From an uncultured Alphaproteobacteria bacterium (lineage in GTDB: Bacteria; Pseudomonadota; Alphaproteobacteria; Rhizobiales; Ancalomicrobiaceae), in the NCBI GenBank assembly GCA_937873675.1, contig CALMYM010000444.1, positions 1 through 37,086 of the forward strand: DNA of 37,086 nucleotides, written 5' to 3'. The notes beneath the pieces were generated by a model. It worked only from the letters and a program-made list of their open reading frames with translations, was not told where the DNA came from and ran no database searches. The stretch's first letter is position 1, and each line of letters starts with the position of its first letter. This document shows positions 1 to 8,325 of this stretch, in pieces. The position numbers and the translations under genes are program-made.

Positions 1-245
1 GCTTCGGCGGCGGCGATCGCGGCTTCGGCGGTGGTGATCGTGGTTTCGGCGGCGGCGACCGTGGTGGTTTCGGCGGCGATCGTGACCGCGGCTTCGGTGG
101 TGGCGGACGCGGCGGCTTCGGCGGCGGCGACCGCGGTGGTTTCGGCGGCGGCGATCGTGATCGCGGCGGTTTCGGCGGCGGTGAGGGCGGTGGCTTCCGT
201 CCGCGTCGCTCCTTCGGCGACGAGGGTGGTTTCGGTGGCGGCCCG
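1..245 (+). repeat. Degenerate in-frame tandem repeat (period 21-30 nt), GGC/GGT-GAT/GAC-CGC/CGT-GGC-TTC units
   Basis: Visible repetition of ttcggcggcggcgaYcgYggY units. Phe codons recur every 7-10 codons in frame 3. Confidence 0.8.
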
Positions 246-554
246 CGTGGTCCCCGTCCCCAGGTCGAGCGCGGCCCGCGTCAGAACGGCACCGTGCAGT
301 TCTTCAACGCCGAGAAGGGCTACGGCTTCATCACCCCGGACGAGGGCGGCGCCGACGTGTTCGTGCACGTCTCCGCGGTCGAGCGCTCCGGCCTCGGCAC
401 CCTCGACAAGGGCCAGAAGATCTCCTTCGAGACCGAGCCGGACAAGCGCGGCAAGGGCCCCAAGGCCGTCAACCTCCAGCCGCTCGAAGGCGGCGCCGAG
501 GGTGACGTCGAAGGCGGCGCCGGCGACGACTACGGCCAGCCGGACGAAGAGTGA
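1..554 (+). CDS. Cold-shock-domain protein with an N-terminal Arg/Gly/Phe-rich (FGGGDRG)n repeat region; 5' end lies outside the window (partial)
   Basis: Frame 3 is open from the window edge to TGA 552-554. Nt 3-290 translate to 11 F-G-G-(G)-D/E-R-G type repeats. Nt ~285-500 translate to a canonical CSD ([32 protein letters not shown]...), followed by an acidic tail. The track ORF start (GTG 294) is the Val of the conserved GTV-x-(W/F)FN strand. No ATG/GTG/TTG occurs in this frame upstream of it within the window. Confidence 0.7.
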   Translation, partial: FGGGDRGFGGGDRGFGGGDRGGFGGDRDRGFGGGGRGGFGGGDRGGFGGGDRDRGGFGGGEGGGFRPRRSFGDEGGFGGGPRGPRPQVERGPRQNGTVQFFNAEKGYGFITPDEGGADVFVHVSAVERSGLGTLDKGQKISFETEPDKRGKGPKAVNLQPLEGGAEGDVEGGAGDDYGQPDEE

Positions 555-663
555 TCGCACTCCGGCGTTGCGGCCTCGCCATCGGTGGGGCCGGTCACCG
601 CGCCGGAACCGATCTCCTTCGGTCGCATCTCCCGACCGCACGGTCGTGGACACCAAGAATTCG

Positions 664-695
664 AACCCTCCCGTGCCCGCGCGGGAGGGTTTTTC
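664..695 (+). terminator. Rho-independent terminator downstream of the CSD gene
   Basis: aaCCCTCCCGtgcccgcgCGGGAGGGttttt: 8-bp GC stem followed by a T5 run, about 110 nt after the stop. Confidence 0.7.
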
Positions 696-774
696 GTCGG
701 GCCTCCGCGCCATGCTCGGATGACCCGACCGCGACCTCCGTCGATCCGCATCCCGCGACAGTCCGAGACCGCCG

Positions 775-1647
775 ATGAACTACCGCCACGCCTTCCACGC
801 CGGCAATTTCGCCGACGTCCTCAAACACGCGGTGCTCGCCCGCATCCTCGTCCATCTCGCTGCGAAGCCGGCGCCGTTCCGCGTCCTCGACACCCACGCC
901 GGCATCGGCCTCTACGATCTCGCCGGCGCCGAGGCCGAGCGCACCGGCGAATGGCGCGACGGCATCGGCCGCATCCTCGCCGCCCCCTTCCCCGCCGCCG
1001 TCGCCGACCTCCTCGCCCCCTGGCTCGGCGCGGTGGCGAGCGCCGCCGGCGTGACCCGGCCCGAGCATCTCGTCGCCGACCGGTTGACCCGCTACCCCGG
1101 CTCGCCGCTGGTGATCCGCGCCGGCCTCAGACGCGACGACCGCGCCACCGCGGTCGAACTGCATCCCGCCGACGCCGCCACCCTCGCCGACCTCTTCGCC
1201 GGCGACGCCCGCGTCAAGGTGGTCGAACTCGACGGCTGGCTGGCGCTCAAGAGCTTCCTGCCCTTCAAGGAGCGCCGCGGCCTCGTCGTCGTCGATCCGC
1301 CCTTCGAGAAGGACCGCGAGTTCGACCGCATCGTCACCGGCCTCGTCCAGGCGACCCGCCGCTTCGCCACCGCCACCTATCTGGTCTGGCATCCGATCAA
1401 GGACCGTCGCGACCTCGACCGCTTCCACGACGCCGTCGTCGCCACCGGTATCCGCCGCGTCATGGCGGTCGAACTGGCGACCGCCGCCGTCCGCGCCGAC
1501 GGCCCGCTCACCGCCAACGGCCTGCTGATCGTCAATCCGCCGTGGAAGCTCGCCGAGGAACTCGACATCCTGCTGCCGGCGCTGGCCGACCGCCTCGCCG
1601 TCGGCCGCGGCGCCGCCGCCTCCTGGCGCTGGCTGGTGCCGGAGTGA
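775..1647 (+). CDS. rlmJ: 23S rRNA (adenine2030-N6)-methyltransferase RlmJ
   Basis: 290 aa. The N-terminus MNYRHAFHAGNFADVLKH is the signature start of the RlmJ/YhiR family. Confidence 0.85.
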   Translation: MNYRHAFHAGNFADVLKHAVLARILVHLAAKPAPFRVLDTHAGIGLYDLAGAEAERTGEWRDGIGRILAAPFPAAVADLLAPWLGAVASAAGVTRPEHLVADRLTRYPGSPLVIRAGLRRDDRATAVELHPADAATLADLFAGDARVKVVELDGWLALKSFLPFKERRGLVVVDPPFEKDREFDRIVTGLVQATRRFATATYLVWHPIKDRRDLDRFHDAVVATGIRRVMAVELATAAVRADGPLTANGLLIVNPPWKLAEELDILLPALADRLAVGRGAAASWRWLVPE

Positions 1648-1762
1648 GCGATCGGCGCCGGGACCGACCCGCCGCCCGGCTCATGAACTCTCGGTGATCG
1701 GCCGGAAAACGCGTTGCGCCGTCCGCCCCGGACGCTAGCATCGCCGCGAACCATCGGGAGAA

Positions 1763-2512
1763 ATGGCGATGAGCGCATTGTTCGGTTTCGGCGAGACGGT
1801 CGAGGAGCACGACATCCCCGTCCTCAACGAGCGCGAGATCCGCGCCGGCGCCGGCCTCATGTTCCTTGTCGCGCTGATCGCCTTCATGAACGCCTGGTTC
1901 GCCGGCGACTTCGTCCCGACCAAATTGGTGATCGTCGCCTTTCTTCTCGATTTCGCCGTCCGCGTACTGGTCAACCCGCGCTGGTCGCCGAGCCTGATCG
2001 TCGGCCGCATCGCCGTGCGCAACCAGACGCCGGAGCTGGTCGGCGCCCCGCAGAAGCGCTTCGCCTGGGGGCTCGGCCTGATCCTCGCCTCGGCGATGCT
2101 CTGGCTGGTGGTCGTCCAGAACGTCCGCGGCCCGGTCAATCTGGCGATCTGCCTCCTCTGCCTCGTGTTGCTGTTCTTCGAGAGCGCCTTCGGCATCTGC
2201 ATCGGCTGCCGCCTCCACCGGCTGCTCACCCGCCAGAAGACCGAACTCTGCCCCGGCGACGCCTGCGCGTCCCCCGAGCGCCGGCCGATCCAGCACCTGA
2301 CCGCCGGCCAGATCGCCGCGCCGATCGTCTTCGCCGCCGCCCTGTGGGGCGTCTCGCCGTGGATCACGGCGCAGCCGACGGCTCACCCCGTCGCGACGCA
2401 CGGCGCCGGCGCCGCCGTTTCGCCGGAAGAAGAGGCGCGCTGCCGCGTTCCCGACTTCGCCAAGGCGATCGGCCACGAAGAGAAGTGGAAGCTGCACAAC
2501 GGCTGCAAGTGA
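1763..2512 (+). CDS. DUF4395-like integral membrane protein with a Cys-containing C-terminal extension
   Basis: 249 aa. Has four hydrophobic segments and a FESAFGICIGC motif typical of DUF4395. An alternative ATG at 1769 has better spacing to the GGGAGA Shine-Dalgarno. Confidence 0.55.
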   Translation: MAMSALFGFGETVEEHDIPVLNEREIRAGAGLMFLVALIAFMNAWFAGDFVPTKLVIVAFLLDFAVRVLVNPRWSPSLIVGRIAVRNQTPELVGAPQKRFAWGLGLILASAMLWLVVVQNVRGPVNLAICLLCLVLLFFESAFGICIGCRLHRLLTRQKTELCPGDACASPERRPIQHLTAGQIAAPIVFAAALWGVSPWITAQPTAHPVATHGAGAAVSPEEEARCRVPDFAKAIGHEEKWKLHNGCK

Positions 2513-2563
2513 GGCGGTGCACCCGCGGATGACAGAAGGCGCACCCGGTGACCGCCGCCCCGC

Positions 2564-3034
2564 TCACCCCTCGCGGATCGCCCGCACCAGCCCCCGCGCC
2601 CCGGCCGAGACCTCGGCCCAGGTGACCTCGAAACCGGAGTCCGGACCGTAGTAGGGATCGGCCACCGCCTCGCCGGCACGTCCCTCGACATGATCGAGCA
2701 GCAGCGACAGCCGCGCCCGCGCGCCCTCCGGCCGCATCGCCACCAATGCCGCGAAGTTCTCCCGGTCGAGGGCGACGATGTGGTCGAAGCGATGGAAGTC
2801 GTCGCGCCCGACCTGCCGCGCCGCGTAGTCGTCGATCGGCGCCCCGTGGCGGCGCGCCACGGCGCGCGCCCGCGCATCCGGCGGTCGGCCGACGTGCCAA
2901 CCGGCGGTGCCGGCCGAATCGACGGTGACCGCGAGCCCGGCCCGCTCGGCTTCGGCACGAAAGGCGGCCTCCGCCAAGGGCGAGCGACAGATGTTGCCGA
3001 GACAGACGAAGAGCACCGCCGGACGATCCGTCAT
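2564..3034 (-). CDS. Low-molecular-weight protein-tyrosine phosphatase
   Basis: P-loop VLFVCLGNICRSPLAE (C-X5-R-S) and the downstream DPYYG motif. The start was moved to ATG 3034, which is preceded by GGAGGTGGGGA. Confidence 0.85.
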   Translation of the reverse strand: MTDRPAVLFVCLGNICRSPLAEAAFRAEAERAGLAVTVDSAGTAGWHVGRPPDARARAVARRHGAPIDDYAARQVGRDDFHRFDHIVALDRENFAALVAMRPEGARARLSLLLDHVEGRAGEAVADPYYGPDSGFEVTWAEVSAGARGLVRAIREG

Positions 3035-3063
3035 TCCCCACCTCCGGTTCACCCGATACCGAG

Positions 3064-3173
3064 CCGAAGATGCTTCGACCCGTTCGAAACATCTTCGGCG
3101 AAGGCAAGCCCGAACGGGCGTCGGCCGGTCGGGCCGTATCGCTCATGGAAGTCGGCCGAGGCCGACTTCCATG
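3064..3173 (+). repeat. Structured intergenic repeat element, copy 1 (hairpin - conserved 45-nt core - hairpin)
   Basis: 5' hairpin at 3064-3098 (CCGAAGATG.TTCGA / TCGAA.CATCTTCGG). Core is GAAGGCAAGCCCGAACGGGCGTCGGCCGGTCGGGCCGTATCGCT. 3' hairpin at 3144-3173 (CATGGAAGTCGGCC ga GGCCGACTTCCATG). Homologous to the copies at 6282 and 23612. Confidence 0.8.
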
Positions 3174-3319
3174 AGCCCGGTATGACAGCCCGTGATAGCG
3201 TCCGATCGCCCCATCTCCAAGCCCTCGAACCGGTTCGCGGCCATTCCCGGCTTGACCCTCGCGCGAGCCTCCCCCATCGTCGCACCCGACGGTTCGAACC
3301 GTCGCTTCGGGAGACTCTC

Positions 3320-3790
3320 ATGCGTCGTCGCCTCGCTCACGGATCCGCCGCTCGCCGCCTCGCCTTCGGCGCCGCGCTCCTTCTCGTGTTCGGCGTCGCG
3401 CCGGCCGTCGCCGGGACGTCGGCCCAGAACCGGCTCGCCGGTACGCCGTCCTGCACCGACGACTGGACGCTGGCCAAGATCCGTCACCGCTTCGCCTACG
3501 GCGCCATGAACGTCGAGAAGCGCGACCTCGCCATCGTCGAGGTGACGAAGATCCGCGAGATCGCCACCTCGGTCGACCGGCCGAGCCCGATCCCGCGCCG
3601 CTGGTGCACCGCCAAGGTGACGCTCTCCGACGGAACGCGGTCGCGGCTGTCCTGGGTGGTCGAAGGTGGCGTCGGCTTCGCCGCCCCCGGCCTCGCACGG
3701 ATCCCCGACGAGGTCGAGTTCTGCGTCTCCGGCCACGATCCCTGGCGCGTCCACGACGGCGCCTGCCGCACCACGCGCCGTTTCTGGTGA
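3320..3790 (+). CDS. Secreted hypothetical protein (signal peptide, several Cys)
   Basis: 156 aa. GGGAG lies upstream of the ATG. The N-terminus MRRRLAHGSAARRLAFGAALLLVFGVAPAVAG looks like a signal peptide. I recognise no family. Confidence 0.6.
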   Translation: MRRRLAHGSAARRLAFGAALLLVFGVAPAVAGTSAQNRLAGTPSCTDDWTLAKIRHRFAYGAMNVEKRDLAIVEVTKIREIATSVDRPSPIPRRWCTAKVTLSDGTRSRLSWVVEGGVGFAAPGLARIPDEVEFCVSGHDPWRVHDGACRTTRRFW

Positions 3791-3843
3791 GCCCGGGCGA
3801 CCCGCCCCGCCGCCCCTTCGACGCCCCTACGGGAAGATCCGCC

Positions 3844-4506
3844 ATGACGCGTGCCGTCTTCGCTCTCGTCGCGCTCCTCGTCGCCTGCCTCCTCGGCGAT
3901 CCGGCCGCCGCCCAGAACCGGGGCCGGCCCGGCGACTTCGACCTCTGGGTCCTGTCGCTGTCGTGGTCGCCGAGCTGGTGCGAAGCCACCGGCGACGCTC
4001 GCGGCGACGCCCAGTGCGCCCGCCCCTACTCCTTCGTCGTCCACGGCCTGTGGCCGCAGTATCATCGCGGCTGGCCGGCCGATTGCGCCGCGAGTAAAGC
4101 CCCGCCCAGCCGCGATCAGGTGCGCGACATGCTCGACATCATGCCGAGCCCCGGCCTGATCCAGCACGAATGGCGCAAGCACGGCACCTGTTCGGGCCTC
4201 TCCGGCGAGGTCTATCTGCGCATCATCCGCAAGCTCTACGAGAAGATCCGCATCCCCGACGAATTCAAGGACACCTCCAAGCCGCGCATGGTGTCGACCC
4301 GCGAGGTCGAATCCGCCTTCGTCGCCGCCAACAAGGGTCTCGATTCGGACGAGATCGCCGTCCAGTGCGACAGCCGCCGCCTGCAGGAGGTGCGCATCTG
4401 CCTGAAGAAGGATCTCTCCGCCTTCGTCTCCTGTGGCGAAACCGAGCGGCGCTCCTGCCGGCTCGACCGGCTCTACATGCCGGCGGTCCGCAACGGAGCC
4501 CACTGA
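3844..4506 (+). CDS. Ribonuclease T2 family protein, secreted/periplasmic
   Basis: 220 aa. Signal peptide is present. The two catalytic T2 motifs are FVVHGLWPQ (CAS I) and HEWRKHGTC (CAS II). Confidence 0.85.
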   Translation: MTRAVFALVALLVACLLGDPAAAQNRGRPGDFDLWVLSLSWSPSWCEATGDARGDAQCARPYSFVVHGLWPQYHRGWPADCAASKAPPSRDQVRDMLDIMPSPGLIQHEWRKHGTCSGLSGEVYLRIIRKLYEKIRIPDEFKDTSKPRMVSTREVESAFVAANKGLDSDEIAVQCDSRRLQEVRICLKKDLSAFVSCGETERRSCRLDRLYMPAVRNGAH

Positions 4507-4508
4507 CG

Positions 4509-5528
4509 ATGATGCGCCTCCTGGCGTCGGCTCTCCTCGCGCTCCTCGTCGTCGCCTCGACCGCGGAGCGAACCGTCGCGGCGGAAGCGACGGTCCAGGG
4601 TTGGGCGATCCGCTGCGACGCGCCGCTCTGCCGCGCCTCGAAACCCTCCGCCTCCGGCCTGCAGGCGCTGCTGGTCGGACGCTTCGAGACCGGTGACGGC
4701 CTCGCCGTCGGCCTCTCCGCCCCCGGCGCCGTGGTCGACCGCGACAGGCCGATGACGCTCCGGATCGACGGCCGCCGCATCGCCGATCTCGCGCCGAAGT
4801 CGGGCTACCTGCCCTTCGAACGGGTCGATGCCTTCTGGATCACCGACGCGACCGTCGCCCGCACCCTCGTCGACGCCCTGCCCTCCGCCAAGGCGGTGCG
4901 CTTCGAATACATCGACGTGACCGGCGCCCCCCACGACGCCGACATCGACGTCACCGGTTTCGCCGCCGTGCTCGCCGCGAGCGACCGCGAACTCGGCCGC
5001 ACCACGGCGAAGCCCGTCGGCGTCGCGCCGCGCGGCCTGGAGCCGGCGCCGAACCCCGGCCGCGCCGCCCTGGTGGTGCGCATGGGCGTACCGCCCCGCC
5101 TGCTCGCCAAACATGCCGCCGCCAGCGACTGCGAGGCGTCGAACTCGCCGCTCCTGCGCGCCTTCAAGCCGGTGATCGGCGTCCTCTCCTCGACCGCGAT
5201 CCTCTATGCCATCCCCTGCACCGCCTCGACCGGCAACGTCTCCTATCGGCTGTGGGTGGTGGAGAGCGGCGAGATCGGCGGCATCACCGCCCAGTATTTC
5301 GCCCTGTTCGATCCCGACTACGGCTGGAAAGGCTCGGATCTGCTCGCCAACGTCGCCTACGACGAGGCGGGCGGTCGCCTGACCGCGACGCTGCGCACCG
5401 GCGCCGGTTGCGGCGGCCGCGGCCAGTGGCGATGGAAGAACTGGGCCTTCGCCATGGAAGAATACCGCATGGCCGCCGACTGCGTCGAAGGCCGCGACCC
5501 CGCCGTGTGGCCCAAGGTCTGGCCGTAG
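4509..5528 (+). CDS. Secreted hypothetical protein, DUF1176-like
   Basis: 339 aa. Starts 2 nt after the RNase T2 stop. Signal peptide is MMRLLASALLALLVVAST. The Cys/Trp-rich C-terminal half resembles DUF1176, but this assignment is from memory only. Confidence 0.55.
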   Translation: MMRLLASALLALLVVASTAERTVAAEATVQGWAIRCDAPLCRASKPSASGLQALLVGRFETGDGLAVGLSAPGAVVDRDRPMTLRIDGRRIADLAPKSGYLPFERVDAFWITDATVARTLVDALPSAKAVRFEYIDVTGAPHDADIDVTGFAAVLAASDRELGRTTAKPVGVAPRGLEPAPNPGRAALVVRMGVPPRLLAKHAAASDCEASNSPLLRAFKPVIGVLSSTAILYAIPCTASTGNVSYRLWVVESGEIGGITAQYFALFDPDYGWKGSDLLANVAYDEAGGRLTATLRTGAGCGGRGQWRWKNWAFAMEEYRMAADCVEGRDPAVWPKVWP

Positions 5529-5578
5529 GACCGAGCCTCCCCCATCCTGGACCCGCCGTTCGCCCCGGAGAGACCGCC

Positions 5579-6187
5579 ATGCCCGTCCTGCGTTCCGCCC
5601 CCGCTTCGCCCTTCGGCCGCAAGGTCAAGATCGCCGCCTCCGAGCTCGGCCTCCTCGACCGGCTCGAGATCCGCATGGCCGACACCACCGATCCCGGCGA
5701 CAGCCTCCGTAAGGAGAACCCGCTGGGCAAGATCCCGGCGCTGATCCTCGACGACGGCATGGTGCTGTTCGACAGCCGCGTCATCCTCGAGTGGCTCGAC
5801 GTCGAGGCCGGCGGCGGTCGCATCATCCCGGCCGAGCCGGCCGCTCGCTTCGCCGCCCTGCGCCTCCAGGCGCTCGCCGACGGCCTCGCCGACGCCGCCC
5901 TGCTCATCGTCTACGAAGGCCGCTACCGCGCCGAGAGCGAGCGCTGCCCCGCCTGGCTCACCCATCAGCAGGGCAAGATCGACCGCACCCTCGACGCGCT
6001 CGAAGCCGCGCCCCCGGCGAACGACGCCACCCTCACGGTCGGCACCATCGCGCTCGCCTGCGCGCTGGGTTACCTCGACCTGCGCCTCGGCGGCGGCTGG
6101 CGCGCCACCCACCCGAAGATCGACGCCTGGCTCGACGCCTTCTCGGCCCGCGTCCCCTCCTTCGAGAAGACCCGCTTCGTCCCCTGA
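5579..6187 (+). CDS. Glutathione S-transferase family protein
   Basis: 202 aa. Thioredoxin-like N-domain motif NPLGKIPALILDDGMVLFDSRVILEWL. GGAGAG Shine-Dalgarno. Confidence 0.8.
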   Translation: MPVLRSAPASPFGRKVKIAASELGLLDRLEIRMADTTDPGDSLRKENPLGKIPALILDDGMVLFDSRVILEWLDVEAGGGRIIPAEPAARFAALRLQALADGLADAALLIVYEGRYRAESERCPAWLTHQQGKIDRTLDALEAAPPANDATLTVGTIALACALGYLDLRLGGGWRATHPKIDAWLDAFSARVPSFEKTRFVP

Positions 6188-6213
6188 CTTTTCCGGGAAT
6201 CGTCCGCGAGAAA

Positions 6214-6252
6214 CGAAGACCCCGCCGATCAGCCGATCGGCGGGGTCTTCTC
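6214..6252 (+). terminator. Terminator-like hairpin after the GST gene
   Basis: GAAGACCCCGCCGATC agcc GATCGGCGGGGTCTTC: 16-bp perfect stem, followed by tcgtctct (weak T tract). Confidence 0.55.
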
Positions 6253-6281
6253 GTCTCTGCGATCGCGCCACTTCAACCGAA

Positions 6282-6393
6282 CCGATGAAGGTTCGACCTG
6301 CTCGAAGCTTCATCGGTGAAGGCAAGCCCGAACGGGCGTCGGCCGGTCAGGCCGTAACGCTGAAGAACTTCGGACATGTCCGAAGTTCTTCAG
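6282..6393 (+). repeat. Structured intergenic repeat element, copy 2
   Basis: 5' hairpin at 6282-6316 (CCGATGAAG.TTCGA / TCGAA.CTTCATCGG). Same 45-nt core as copy 1. 3' hairpin at 6360-6393 is a perfect 30-nt palindrome (GAAGAACTTCGGACATGTCCGAAGTTCTTC). The element ends 8 nt from the stop of the minus-strand porin. Confidence 0.8.
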
Positions 6394-6400
6394 CCGAGTA

Positions 6401-7042
6401 TCAGAACTTGAAGGCGGCGCCGCCCCGCAGGATGTTGCTGTTGACAGAGGAATTCGCCACCAGACCGCCGGGCAGCGCATGCGAGCTGCGGCCGAAGCCC
6501 ATGTGGATGAACTCGCCCTTGACCGTGAGGTGGTCGGCGACCTGCGCCTCGACGCCGGCGCCGGCGGCATAGCCGATCTTGGTCGAACTGCTCGACGTGC
6601 CCAGGGCCTTCAGCGAATCGTCGGCGAAGGCGATGCCGGCGGTGGCGTAGGGCATCACCTTGTCGAAGGCGACGCCGACGCGCGGCCGGATCGAGGCGTT
6701 CCAGTCGGAACTGTACTTGTAGAGGTTGCCGCCGACGGCATGGCTCGCCGTCTGGCCGGAGACGTTCATGTCGGCTTCGACGCCGGCGACGACGTTCTGG
6801 CCGATGGTGGTGTTCATGCCACCGTAGAGGCCGACCTGCGTGCCGTTGAGCGTGTCCGGACCCCAGGCGTGACCGGCATGAGCGCCGACGTAGACGCCGT
6901 TCCAGTTCGAGGGGGCGGGAGCGGGGGTCGCGTAGCCGTAGGCGGGCGCGGCCGGCGGTGCACCGTACATGTCGGCGGCGACCGCCGGGGCGATCGCCGT
7001 CAGACCGGCGGCGGCGGCGAGAGCGAGCGTGACGCGGAACAT
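6401..7042 (-). CDS. Outer-membrane beta-barrel protein, Omp25/Omp31 (RopB-like) porin family
   Basis: 213 aa. Signal peptide MFRVTLALAAAAGLTAIAPAVAAD. Alternating beta-strand pattern and a C-terminal ...GGAAFKF. The start was chosen at the ATG preceded by AAGGTGAG. Confidence 0.8.
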   Translation of the reverse strand: MFRVTLALAAAAGLTAIAPAVAADMYGAPPAAPAYGYATPAPAPSNWNGVYVGAHAGHAWGPDTLNGTQVGLYGGMNTTIGQNVVAGVEADMNVSGQTASHAVGGNLYKYSSDWNASIRPRVGVAFDKVMPYATAGIAFADDSLKALGTSSSSTKIGYAAGAGVEAQVADHLTVKGEFIHMGFGRSSHALPGGLVANSSVNSNILRGGAAFKF

Positions 7043-7204
7043 GGAACTCACCTTCGATCGTCGTTGTCGAGAAGTCTCCGAAGTTTCGGAGGATTTCGTT
7101 GACCATCTTCGCCCCGCCTCGGTTAAGGCCGGGTTCAGAAACAAGGTTAACGAACGGGTCACGCCATCGTATCGGATTTTTCGAAGAAAAATTCACAGAG
7201 AGAA

Positions 7205-7256
7205 TATGAAAAAGTAAAGCCGGCGACACGTTCGCACGTGCCGCCGGCCTGTTTTT
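7205..7256 (-). terminator. Rho-independent terminator of the upstream (7285-7968) porin gene
   Basis: GCCGGCGaCACG...CGTGcCGCCGGC hairpin. On the minus strand it is followed by TTTACTTTTTCAT, and a T5 run is also present on the plus side. Confidence 0.6.
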
Positions 7257-7284
7257 GATACAGATACGATGAAAGTATCGGAGA

Positions 7285-7968
7285 TCAGAACTTGTAGTTC
7301 ACGCCGACACGAACGATGTGATCGGACAGGGACTGACGCGTGGCGACGCCCGGAACGACGAAGGTCTTGTTCACCGAGCCGAAGCCCTCGTAGAGATATT
7401 CGCCCTTCACCGACACGTTGTTGGTGACGGCGTGCTCGACACCGGCGCCGACGGCGTAGCCGAGACGGGTGAAGTCGTGCTTCTCGGTTCCGCCGGCATT
7501 CGACGCGGTCGACGAGAAGCTGGCCACGGCGAGACCACCGGTGCCGTAGACCAGGGTGCGGTCGATGGCGTAGCCGGCGCGGGCGCGCAGGGTGCCGTTG
7601 ACGCCTTCCTGGGTCTTGAAGGTGGTGGCGCCGAAGACGCCGGTCTTCGACGGACGGCCGTAGCCGACGTCACCTTCGACGCCGAGCACCCACGGACCGT
7701 TCTGGAAGTTGTAGCCGGCCTGGACGCCGCCGAACAGCGAACCGGCGTTCAGCGGGCCGACGACACCGCCGACGTTGGCGCGGTCGCGCATGAACTCGCC
7801 GCCGACGTTGGCGCCGGCGTAGAAGCCGGTCCAGTTGTAGACCGAGACCGGGGCCTCGATCGGGGTCGCCGGCGGCGCCTTGCGATACATGTCGGCGGCC
7901 TCGGCCGCGGCGGTGACGGCGATCAGAGCCACGGAGCCCAGCGCCACACGAAGGAAAGTCTTGGTCAT
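7285..7968 (-). CDS. Outer-membrane beta-barrel protein, Omp25/Omp31 porin family (paralog of 6401-7042)
   Basis: 227 aa. Signal peptide ...AAEAAD. Contains YNWTGFYAGANVGG and ends in C-terminal VGVNYKF. Confidence 0.85.
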   Translation of the reverse strand: MTKTFLRVALGSVALIAVTAAAEAADMYRKAPPATPIEAPVSVYNWTGFYAGANVGGEFMRDRANVGGVVGPLNAGSLFGGVQAGYNFQNGPWVLGVEGDVGYGRPSKTGVFGATTFKTQEGVNGTLRARAGYAIDRTLVYGTGGLAVASFSSTASNAGGTEKHDFTRLGYAVGAGVEHAVTNNVSVKGEYLYEGFGSVNKTFVVPGVATRQSLSDHIVRVGVNYKF

Positions 7969-8325
7969 CGTACGTCCTCGTCCTCACACCATCGTCTCTC
8001 GCCGGAACCCTTCGGTTCTCGCGGCCCCACGCGCCCCCGTCGCGGGAAGCGGGCCGCCGAGCGGGACGACGTCTCTCGGATATGATCTCCGAATGGGACG
8101 ACATGGCGCGGCGATTGTGGCGGACCCCGGGGGATATTTCGGCAGCCCCCGCCCTGAACGGGCCGCCGCCCCGGTCTCCCGAAACCTGGTGAAAAGAGGG
8201 GTCACGAAACGCCCCGGAAAGGGACGCGACGACGTTTCGCGGGCTCTCCGGCGCGCCGATCCGCTCGACCCGGGCGCAACATGCTCTAGATTGGCCGGAC
8301 GTCCGTCCACGCCCGAGAGAGGTTC

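Noticed and set aside
1-245. A possible CRISPR array or non-coding satellite at the left edge.
   Set aside because: There are no unique spacers. The period is only 21-30 nt, a multiple of 3, and is degenerate at third codon positions. It is in frame with the downstream CSD.
655-700. A TTCGAACCC string resembling a tRNA T-arm.
   Set aside because: No acceptor, D or anticodon stems can be drawn around it. The string is the 5' side of the csp terminator hairpin.
31-723. 230-aa Ala/Val/Ser-rich ORF in frame 1 across the left-edge repeat.
   Set aside because: Frame 3 of the same DNA gives a regular FGGGDRG repeat that runs directly into a canonical cold-shock domain. Frame 1 gives no recognisable protein and runs through the csp terminator.
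3049-3321. ORFs crossing the three repeat copies (3049-3321 -, 6285-6572 +, 6310-6570 -, 23286-23699 +) that share peptides such as GRRPFGLAF / GEGKPERASAGQAVTL.
   Set aside because: The shared peptide only reflects the conserved 45-nt nucleotide core. The flanking parts are hairpins of unrelated sequence. There is no common start or stop, and the ORFs overlap real genes or terminators.
6401-7968. The tandem porin paralogs as a recent duplication or phase-variable locus.
   Set aside because: The two proteins are clearly diverged. Each has its own upstream region and terminator, and no repeats or invertible-segment features flank them. Multiple Omp25/31 paralogs are ordinary in Rhizobiales.
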